64,000 bases of DNA, taken from Octopus sinensis. Lineage: Eukaryota. Numbering within the stretch: position 1 is the first letter of the stretch; the number at the start of each line of letters is the position of its first letter. The position numbers were made by a program, and so were the translations under genes. The stretch is taken from NCBI RefSeq assembly GCF_006345805.1, contig NC_042998.1, positions 196,974,001-197,038,000 of the forward strand. The letters run 5' to 3'. This document shows positions 22,880 through 33,223 of this stretch, in pieces. Under the pieces are notes generated by a model. That model made no database searches, was not told where the DNA came from, and saw nothing but the letters and a program-made list of their open reading frames with translations.

Positions 22880-24422
22880 GAACTCAAATCCTAAGTGGCG
22901 TCCCCCAGGGAACTGTTCTGGGGCCATTACTGTTCATAATAATCCTCTTAGATATGTCCGTGGTCACTCAGATGGCCACTATCACTAGCTAAGCTGATGA
23001 TACAAAATTATCATAGGCAATAAATAAATCAAGATGATGTTGCAAGCTTACAGTGGGACATGAATTTGATATATAAGTGGGCTAAAATAAATAACATGCA
23101 GTTTAATGCTGGAAAATTTCAAGCACTGCAATATCAACTCATGATTACACTGCAGCCTGCATATACAGAACCTGAAGGCACTACAATCCCAGAGTCACAG
23201 GCAATGAAAGACCTGGGGATCAGTATATGCAATGATGCATCATTTTATATGCACATAACCAAGAATGCAGCAAAGTGCAGAATGGAGACTGAGGTCCTTC
23301 AAGACAAGAGACCAAGAATCTATGTTGATCTTGTGGAGAACCTTTGTTCTCAACTGCTTGGACTACTGCTCCCAGTTATGGTCACCACATAGTGCCAAAC
23401 TAACAGTGGAACTTGAAGCAGTACAAGACCCCTACACTAAAAAGATTGGAACAGTGCAGCAGATGTGCTACAGGAAGAGGCTGAGAAAACTGCAACTTTA
23501 ATCCCTGGAGAGAAAGCGTGACAGATATGTAATAATCTACATATGGAAAACTCTAGAAGGGCTAGTACCTAATTTCAGTATTGAGTGTTATACAAAGAAT
23601 TTGTCTTATGAAGAAAGGCTGAAGACGCTCAACCTTTATTCTCTAGAAAAACGCCGCCACCGTGGTGATCTCATTCTCGCTCACAACATCATAAGCGGAA
23701 AGTGTAACCTCTCGAAAGAGCTGTTCTTCACTCCTGCTCCAGAGCGTCGGCTGCGGGGTCATTCCGAAAAGCTCTATCTGCGACGATTTCATCTTAATCG
23801 AAGGAGAGGAGCTTTCTCCGTCCGGGTTGCGGATCTGTGGAACAAGCTGCCGGACGAGATGGTGAAGATGCCGACGACCGCTCGGTTCAAAGTCTCCCTT
23901 GACCTCAAGTGGCCTGAACTCTTTACATGAACACCACCCTGTACATAACTCCATGTCCCCCTTCATGGCCTTGCTTTTTGCTTTTTGAGCCAAAAAATTA
24001 ACTAACTAACTAACTAACTAACAAATGCTAGAACTGGCCGCCATTGTATTGTACCAAAGGTGCCATCCACTCTATCTAAATTCAGGACCAGGTACTGAAA
24101 TAGTCTAGGGTTCAAATGCCCACAGCTCTTCCGTGCCCTGCCACAAAAATGAAGAAATCTGCATAAGGTAGAAGTAGATGTTTTCAAAAAGAAACCAGAC
24201 ATCCTCGTCTCCACAATATTGGATGAACCAACAGCCCAACATGAGGGGCAGACAAAAGCATCGGAATCAAACTCCCTTATACACTAAATAGGCCAACAGC
24301 TCGGACAAAGGCACATAGAGGAGTAGTGATGTGAAACACTCCAGACTGAGGAAATCAGAAAGACCACGGTGGTGCTCCAGCATGGCTGAAGCTGCATGGC
24401 TGAAACAGGTAAAAGAGTAAAG
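22880..24422 (+). mobile_element. CR1/L2-group LINE fragment (RT to 3' tail), interrupted by a younger CR1
   Basis: GVPQGTVLGPLLF, degenerate ADDTK, NNMQFNAGKFQ, LDYCSQLWSP, WKTLEGLVP; tail ggtgctccagcatggc...gtaaaagagt. Confidence 0.85.
23597..24020 (+). mobile_element. Young CR1 3' fragment with (AACT)n tail
   Basis: Intact frame SYEERLKTLNLYSLEKRRHRGDLI...RGHS..WNKLP; 5-bp TSD ACAAA at 23592-23596 and 24021-24025. The empty site is seen in the related copy near 39685. Confidence 0.9.
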
Positions 24423-24524
24423 GAGTATGCAGGCAAAAAGTGGTTGGATCATTCTCTTAAGAAGCATGAGAGCATTTCATTAAGGGCAATTGTCATAGCA
24501 TGACTCTTTTTTCAACAACTATGA

Positions 24525-25130
24525 CTAAGTATGCTGTGCGTGAGAAGACCCGGCAGGACTATTGAGACCATAACCCGTGGCCTCTACCTGGGATGTAGCC
24601 AGTCGACTTATGCATACCTTTCCTTCTTGGGACACAAAACTCCACTTGTGAAGACCCATTGAAGCAAGTGGAAATCAGAAATCAGAAATCAGAACCAAAA
24701 TCGAAGTCGATCAACATCAATGGAAATTGCAGCTGTGATACCAGTGCCGGTGGCATGTAAGTGAACCATCCGATTGTGGCCATTGCCAGCATCACCCCAA
24801 CTGGCCTCCGTGCCGGTGGCACGTAAAAAGCACCATCCGATTGTGGCCGTTGCCAGCCTCACCTGGCCCCCGTGCCCGTGGCACGTAAAAATCACCATCC
24901 ATCCATCCATGGCCGTTTGCCAGCCCCGTCTGGTACCTGTGCCGGTGGCATGTAAAAAGTACCCACTACACTCACTGAGTGGTTGGCGTTAGGAAGGGCA
25001 TCCAGCCATAGAAACATTGCCAGATCAGACTGGAATCTGGTGCAGCCTTCTGGCTTCCCAGACCCCAGTTAAAATCATCCAACCCATGCCAGCATGGAAA
25101 GCGGACGCTAAATGATGATGATGATGATGA
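24525..25130 (+). mobile_element. RTE last codons plus complete variant 3' UTR with four GTGCCNGTGGCAY modules
   Basis: Starts at tatgctgtgcgtgagaagacccggc (ORF end) and ends at ggaaagcggacgctaaatgatgatg. Confidence 0.8.
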
Positions 25131-25229
25131 TATGAAACTGTACTTCAGAGGGGTGGATTGACTCCAGATAGGATTCTGGAGTCTTGATAAGAGTGAATGG
25201 ATGACAGTCTAGGGATCATGAAAAAAACA

Positions 25230-25830
25230 AAAAAATCATCAATGAACAAGGAGCCAAACAGGCCTGCAGTGCAAGGATGGTTTGTGAATTTCACCTGTGT
25301 AATCAGAGCTTTGGAGAACACTGTTCCTCCTGTCTTTGTTTTCTCTCAAGTTCCCTTTGAGGATAATTTTCTTCATGGTGTTTCACCAATTTCTACTGGT
25401 GTGGCACATTCCAAAGGGTAGATGATAGCAGAAAAAACATTTCACTTTCTCAAAGTATTTTGTAGCATAAAGTTGCGATCAAGAAGTAAAACATATTTGT
25501 TTAGCTGAATAAAAAAAAAGGTTAATAATCAGAGCATTTCCTATAGTCTCTTGTGTCTCTTTCTCTTTTCCCTGTCGTTAGAGCTTACTTTAAGGTAACA
25601 ACACTTACAATATCAAACACCTACAGACAACAACACACATCATGCTCTGTTTCTCCTGAAAATATGCAACTTTTACAAGGTTATCTAGTAACCAAGAAAA
25701 CGGAGTGAAACTGTTGTCCCTTTTCCACACTTGATAGATCCCTTTGCTTTTGGGCCTTTCCAAAACCTGTAGAATGTGCTGGTGCATGAATGAAAGAACA
25801 TAAAGAAAACAAAGATGGAATATGAAATTC
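25230..25830 (+). mobile_element. pogo/Tigger-like DDE_1 transposase remnant
   Basis: TVPPVFVFSQVPFEDNFLHGVSPISTGVAHSKG*M, then NGVKLLSL and FGPFQ; stops and deletions. Confidence 0.6.
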
Positions 25831-25913
25831 CCATATTAGTTAGAAAGGCTTTTCTTTGAGCCATGACCCCTATCAACAAACACTCAGTTTTCAGGATAAC
25901 AGGTTTTTATTCT

Positions 25914-27143
25914 TTAACCCTTTTGTTACCAACCTGGCTGAAACCGGCTCTGGCTCTGTAGTACAAATGTCTTGTTTTCATAAGTTTTGAATTAAAATCT
26001 TCCACCAAATCTTAGTCACAATTTATGTTTCTAACACTAGCTGAATGATAACTAAGTTATTTTACTAAATTCTTTGTTATATTTAAAATAATTGAGAGAA
26101 AAACAGAGAGTCTCAAAATAAATACAGCAATGAAAGGGTTAAAATATATAACAGAGAAACAATTCTTAACCCTTCGTTACCAACCTGGCTGAAACTGCCT
26201 CTGGCTCTGTAGTACAAATGTCTTGTTTTCATAAGTTTCGAATTAAAATCTTCCACGAAACCTTAGTCACAATTAATGTCCCTAACACTAGCTGAATGAT
26301 AACTAAGTTATTTTACTAAATTCTTGTTATATTTAAAATAATGAGAGAAAAACAGAGAATCTCAAAATAAATACAGCAATGAAAGGGTTAAAATATATAA
26401 CAGAGAAACAATTCTTAACCCTTTCGTTACCAACCTGGCTGAAACTGCCTCTGGCTCTGTAGTACAAATGTCTTGTTTTCATAAGTTTCGAATTAAAATC
26501 TTCCACCAAATCTTAGTCACAATTTATGTTTCTAACACTAGCTGAATGATAACTAAGTTATTTTACTAAATTCTTTGTTATATTTAAAATAATTGAGAGA
26601 AAAACAGAGAATCTCAAAATAAATACAGCAATGAAAGGGTTAAAATATATAACAGAGAAACAATTCTTAACCCTTTCGTTACCAACCTGGCTGAAACTGC
26701 CTCTGGCTCTGTAGTACAAATGTCTTGTTTTCATAAGTTTCGAATTAAAATCTTCCACGAAACCTTAGTCACAATTAATGTCCCTAACACTAGCTGAATG
26801 ATAACTAAGTTATTTTACTAAATTCTTTGTTATATTTAAAATAATTGAGAGAAAAACAGAGAATCTCAAAATAAATACAGCAATGAAAGGGTTAAAATAT
26901 ATAACAGAGAAACAATTCTTAACCCTTTCGTTACCAACCTGGCTGAAACTGCCTCTGGCTCTGTAGTACAAATGTCTTGTTTTCATAAGTTTTGAATTAA
27001 AATCTTCCACGAAACCTTAGTCACAATTAATGTCCCTAACACTAGCTGAATGATAACCAAGTTATTTTACTAAATTTTTTGTTATATTTAAAGTAATTGA
27101 AAGAAACACAGAGCGTCTCTAAATACAGTAATGAAAGGGTTAA
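25914..27143. mobile_element. Tandem array of five piggyBac-like MITEs
   Basis: Each copy is TTAA-CCCTT...AAAGGG-TTAA. Copies start at 25918, 26170, 26419, 26671 and 26923 and share an identical spacer. Confidence 0.85.
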
Positions 27144-30012
27144 GCAATAATGACTTCCCTGAAGTCTCTTCCAGACCTAGAGTTATGTGGTGGTGGAATA
27201 GTGCAGTAGACAAAACCATTAGAGCAAAGAACCAGGCCTGGAAAGCCTGGAAGGATGGGGGTAGCAGGGAACTGTACCAGGTAGCCAAAAGGGAGGCTGG
27301 GTGGCAGGTATACATAGCCAAGGGTGAAGCGGAAAAGAAGTTTGCCAATGTCCAGCGATGTGAGGACCAAAGAACTGAGGTATTTCGGATTGCTAGGCAG
27401 TGTGTGAGAGAAATTGTGATGTCACGGGAGAGAAATGCATTCATATGGATGATGGTGCACTTGCTTTTAATGTTTCTGAAAAGAAAGAGGCTTGGAGAAA
27501 CCATTATGAAAGACTGCTGAATGTGGAGAATGAATGGGAGGAGGAGAGCTTGCCAAATGTTGGCCCAGTAGAGGGACCAGCTATCCCAATAGACAGCTCT
27601 CTAGTAGATAAAGTAATTAAGAGTATGAAGCCAGGAAAAGCCCCTGCCCATCAGAAATCACTGCAGAGATGCTTAAAACATTTGGTGGTGTGGGCTATGG
27701 CCTAGTCACCCGCATTGTAAACCAGGTAGTTCATAATGGAGTCATACCCAATGACTGGCATAGCAGCACCATAGTCAACTGCTACAAGGGTAAAGATGAT
27801 GCTCTAGATAGAAATAACTATAGGGGTATTAAACTGCTGGATCAGGTGATGAAGGTCATGGAGAGGGTTATAACCCATCTCATTAGGGAGAGAATTTGCT
27901 TAGATGAGATGCAGTTCGGTTTTGTGCCGGGTAGAAGCACCACTGATGCCATATTCCTGGTTCGACAACTGCTGGAGAAATAGCTAGTTAAAGATAAACC
28001 CCTCTACTTAGCTTTCGTGGACTTGGAGAAAGCCTTTGACAGGGTCCCGTGATCCCTTATCTGGTGGGCAATGTGGAAACTGGAGATTGATGAATGGTTG
28101 ATAAGGGCTGTACAGGCTCTATACAGAGAGGCTGTTATTAAGGTTATGATTGGCAATGAGTATACTGAAGAATTCCGGGCAGAAGCAGGGGTCCACCAAG
28201 GTTCAAGCATCAGTCCCCTTTTATTCATCATAGTCCTCCAGGCAATAACAGAGGAATTCAAGATGGGTTGCTCCTGGAGCTTCTATATGCTGATGACCTG
28301 GCCCTCATAGCAGAATCATTACCGGAACTAGAAACGAAATTTTGGGTGTGGAAGCTAGGTTAGAATCAAAAGGCCTTAGAGTCAATGTAGCAAAGACCAA
28401 AGTTCTAGTAAGTAGGAAGGCAAACTCATCCCACACCCCCTCAGGTAGGTGGCCCTGCTTGATCTGTAGGAAAGGTGTAGGTAGAAACTCCATAAGATGT
28501 ACCCAGTGTAAGCTATGGACGCATAAGAGGTGCAGCAACATCAAAGGAAAATTAACCAAGAAGCTAGCTTTCGTGTGTGGCAGATGCACAGGGGCAATAG
28601 ACACCACAGATACTCAGAAAACAGATTCCATCACACTCCAGGGGGAGAAACTAGAAGTAGTTGATAGTTTCCGCTACCTAGGTAACCAAGTCAGTAGTGG
28701 AAGTGGATGCCCAGAGAGTGTAACCACTAGAATACGAATAGCCTGGGCAAAGTTTAGAAAGCTTCTACCCCTACTGGTGACAAAGGGTCTCTTGCTCAGA
28801 GTGAAAGGTAGATTGTACGACGCATGTGTGCAAACTGGCATGCTTCACGGTAGTGAAACATGAGCTGTGACTGCGGAGGTCAAGCGTAGGCATGACTTGC
28901 TTTCATGCAGGTGGCACTTAAAAAGCACCAACCGATCGTGGCTGTTGCCAGCCCCCCCTGCCACCTGTGTCAGTGGCACGTAAAAATACCCACTACACTC
29001 ATTCATAGAGTGGTTGGCGTTAAGAAGGGCATCCAGCTGTAGAAACACTGCCAGATCAGACTGGAGCCTGGTACAGCCACCTGGCTTCCCAGACCCCAGT
29101 CGAACCCATGGCGAGGATGGATGTGGATAGCTGTGTGAAAAAGTACCACACCCTACTGGTTGAGGGAACCTGTGGAAGAGGAAGACCCATGAAGACCTGG
29201 GAAGAGGTGGTGAAGCATGACCTTCGAACATTAGGCCTCACCGAGGCAATGATTAGTGATCGAGACCTTTGGAAATATGCTGTGCATGAGAAGACTCAGC
29301 AAGCCTAAGTGAGACCATAACCTGTGGCCTATGCCAGGGGTGTGTAACCAGTCCACTTATGCGTACCTTTCCTTCATTGGACACTAAACTCTGCTTGCGA
29401 AGACCTGTTGAGACAAGTGAAATCGAAATTGAATTCGAAATCGAACCACATCCAACGACCGGCACCCATGCCAACCTCCCTTCATTGGACACTAAACTCT
29501 GCTTGCGAAGACCTGTTGAGGCAAGTGAAATCGAAATCAAATTTGATGACAGGCATCCGTGCTAGTGGGGCGCAAAGAGTACCATACGAGCACGATTGTT
29601 GCCAAAGCAGCAAACTGGCTTCCGTGCTAGTGGCATGTAAAAAGTACCATTCGAGTGTGATTGTTACCAGCATTGCCTCACTGGCACTTGTGTCAGTAAC
29701 ATGTGAAAAGACATTTGAGTGAAGTCGTTGCCAGTGCTGCTGGACTGGCTCCTGTGCAGTTGGCAATCAAAAAACACTATTTGAGCATGGCTGTTGCCAG
29801 TAATGCCTGACTGGCTCTCATGCTGGTGGCACGTAAAAGCACCCACTACACTCTTTGAGTGGTTGGCATTAGGAAGGGCATCCAGTTGTAGAAACTCTTC
29901 CAGATCAGATTGGAACCTGGTGTAGCCATCTGATTCACCAGTCCTCAGTCAAATCGTCCAACCCATGCTAGCATGGAAAGCGGACTTTAGACAACGACGA
30001 TGATGATGATGA
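27144..30012 (+). mobile_element. 5'-truncated RTE-clade LINE (RT, PHD-like insert, C-terminus, ~700-bp 3' UTR, (GAT)n tail); frameshifted
   Basis: Frames give NYRGIKLLDQVMKVMERV, QFGFVPGRSTTDAIF, FVDLEKAFDRVP, GVHQGS, YADD (ctatatgctgatgac), LEVVDSFRYLG and CGRGRP. The ORF end runs directly into the modular 3' UTR ending ggaaagcggact...gatgatgat. Confidence 0.92.
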
Positions 30013-30146
30013 TACAGCGGAGGTAAAGAATACGTATTTGGCACCAATCCTAATCTGGTGCGTTTTTGGCCCTAACCCTAATCTGGTGCACGTATTCTTT
30101 ACTTTCGTCTATATATGTATATATATATATATATTATATATATATA

Positions 30147-30184
<38 letters not shown>

Positions 30185-30404
30185 TCTTTTACTTGTTTCA
30201 GTCATTTGACTGCGGTCATGCTGGAACACTGACTTTAATCGAACAAATGACCCCAGTACTTATTCTATCGGTCATATATATATATATATGATGTATAAAA
30301 ACATGTAATATACAAATAAATATCTGTAAATATAAAACCATCCGAATTTCTGAGTACCTCATTTCTTCTAATATAAAATACCTGTACATCATCTCCAAAC
30401 CATC

Positions 30405-30516
30405 TAGCTAATATATATATATATATATATAATATATATATAATATATATATATATAATATACATACATACATATATATATACATACATATATATATACA
30501 TACATACATATATATA

Positions 30517-30550
<34 letters not shown>

Positions 30551-31095
30551 CATACATACATATATACATACATACATATATACATACATACATACATACA
30601 TAATATATATATATTATATATATATATATACATACATACATTATATATATATATATATACACATACATACATATATATATATACACATACATACATATAT
30701 ATATATACACATACATACATATATATATATAATATATATATATACACACATACATACATATATATATACACATACATACATATATATATATATACACTAC
30801 ATACATATATATATATATATACACATACATACATATATATATATATATACACATACATACATATATATATATATACACATACATACATATATATATATAT
30901 ACACATACATACATATATATATATATATATACACATACATATATATATATACACATACATACATATATATATATATACATACATACATATATATATATAT
31001 ACATACATATATATATATATACATATATACATACATACATACATACATATATATATATATACATATATATACATACATAGATATATATACATATA

Positions 31096-31127
<32 letters not shown>

Positions 31128-31198
31128 CATATATATATATACATACATATATATATACATATACATAAATACATACATACATATACATACATACATAC

Positions 31199-31242
<44 letters not shown>
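30405..31242. repeat. (TA)n/(ATAC)n compound microsatellite, about 840 bp
   Basis: Direct reading. Confidence 0.97.
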
Positions 31243-31245
<3 letters not shown>

Positions 31246-31853
31246 GCATACGAACACAAATATATAGGCTTTAGGAAGGGCGCCCAGCCGTAGAAACCCT
31301 GCCAAATCCAACTGGAATCTTGTGCAGCCCTTCGACTTGCCAGTTCCACTCAAAATGTCTAAGCAGACGCTAAATGATGATCACACACACACACACACAC
31401 ACTCATTTAAGAAATATGCATCACGTAATAAAAAACCGTAAATATATGTCGAACGAATACGAATAGGTATGTTCAGTATGTGTACGTATAGCATAGACCG
31501 TACGAGCGTGTATCTGTTTACAAGCTTCTATTTTTTTCCCAAGTAAGCGATGGTATCTATGTAAATATGCCAAAATTTTTTCTACTTGTATGTATGTAGT
31601 ATGCACCACAGATTAGGCATTATTGCGTGCCACACACCAAAACTGTGTTAACGCTCCTCATCTATTTGATACATAAATGCCGGTATCTACTTGAGTGTGG
31701 TGGATGCTGCTCTCTAGATGTATGTTTCGTGTGTTATTTTAAAAAAAAAAAGAATTCCTGTGTCTATGGTGTTTCTTCGACGAATGTGTGTCTGTGCTTT
31801 CCTATATTGCTGTGCTTCCTCTCGAGACGTGTAAGGTTTTATTTACGTGTATT

Positions 31854-31905
31854 GCCACGCCCCCCTGGCTGACTGCGCGTACCAAAACCTAAATACGCAT
31901 GTGCG
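31854..31905. promoter_or_regulatory. Candidate promoter motifs upstream of UGP2: Sp/KLF GC box and NRF1-like site
   Basis: GCCACGCCCCC at 31854-31864 and CGCATGTGCG at 31896-31905, in a CpG-retaining, TE-free patch. Motif match only. Confidence 0.35.
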
Positions 31906-31960
31906 TTTATGTTGCCCTCGGGACGTGTGTGTGCTAGTTTCTGTGTAACGCTCAGGAAGT

Positions 31961-32445
31961 ATGTGTGTGTGTGTGTGTGTGTGTGTATTTGTATGTGATT
32001 ATGTATAGGCGCGCGCGCGCGCGCGTGTGTGTGTGTACATGTATATATGTATGTGTGCGTGTGTTTGTGTGTACATGTATATGTGAGTATGTTTGTGTGT
32101 ATATGTGTATGTTTGTGTGTACACGTATGTGTGTATGCGTGTGTACATGTATATGTGTGTGTACATGTATATGTGTGTTTGTGTGTAGATGTATATGTAT
32201 GTTTGTGCGTACGTGTGTGTGTGTGTATGTTTGTGTATACATGTATGTGTGTGTACATGTATATGTGTGTATGTTTGTGTGTACATGTATATGAGTGTGT
32301 ATATGTGTGTGTGTTTGTGTGTACATGTATATGTGTGTATGCTTGTGTGTACATGTATGTGTGTGTGTGTGCATGTATATGTGTGTATGTTTGTGTAGGT
32401 ACATGTATATATATATACATATATATATATATATGTGTGCGTGTG
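31961..32445. repeat. (GT)/(AT) compound microsatellite containing (GC)8
   Basis: Direct reading; (GC)8 at 32009-32024. Confidence 0.95.
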
Positions 32446-33223
32446 TGTCCCCCTGGCGGACGTGCTCAGTAACTAATGAAGGGGCAGATAACCGACCTTC
32501 ACCTTCTTCAGAGGACGGTATCACCTTGACACATCGACATCGTCGTCGTCATCGTCCGCCAGCCCGGCTGCCTCATTAAATCTGTTGGCAGTTGCTGTGT
32601 CGTTGGCACAAAACACTCTTTCTCCTAAAACAACATCGAAGCCAACTACTAAGTTTAGCTGGTGGTAGATAAAAAACCGATTCGGGAGGACTAAACAGAC
32701 TTTTCGTTTAGGCAAGCAAGCTAACATTTGACTTACCTTTTTTTTTTCCATTTATCGGAAATCCTCCCCCTTAATACATCCGATGTCAGTTGTTGTTGCC
32801 GTCTTCACACCCACATAACAAGAAAAAAAAAGGGAAAATATAGTAATTAATGTCCTCTCTTCTTACCGTTTCATTTAACATGTTTTGAAAGATAAACTTT
32901 ATCCCTGACTGATACTGGACACGCCTTTTTTTCTCCATCGTTTCGGAAGACTTTTAAAGAAGCTACAAGGAAACAGTTGTTTAATAATAATTGTGTGATC
33001 TATCATCATTATTCTGAAGTACTACGTGTCTCTTTCACAGCCTGCCTTCTTCTCACAGTAGACGACCTTACAGTGATAAATAATTCCCTTCATTCAACGC
33101 CAATATATTTATTATAAGGAGATCTCTTTTATCTATTTTTTTTTAAATCCCTCATCGCTGATCCTCTCGGATTTATAAGTCCTAGCTGTCTTGTTTTGTT
33201 TATTAACCGTTGTTGATATCAAC
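32440..33223 (+). promoter_or_regulatory. CpG-rich, TE-free 5' region of UGP2 (promoter/5' UTR, possibly with a 5' UTR intron)
   Basis: No SINE/LINE insertion for about 0.8 kb; elevated CpG; acceptor-like tctctttcacag ending at 33040. Confidence 0.45.

Noticed and set aside
24740-24960. CRISPR-like look of constant hairpin repeats separated by ~35-nt segments (also 6060-6330 and 41448-41720)
   Set aside because: The spacers are homologous to each other, the array lies in a LINE 3' UTR, the context is eukaryotic and there are no cas genes.
30265-31353. 362-aa and 313-aa Y/I/C/M/V-rich ORFs
   Set aside because: Microsatellite lacking stop codons.
33191-33223. TTG start giving a 519-aa UGP2
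   Set aside because: An in-frame ATG with strong Kozak context at 33224 gives the expected 508-aa length.
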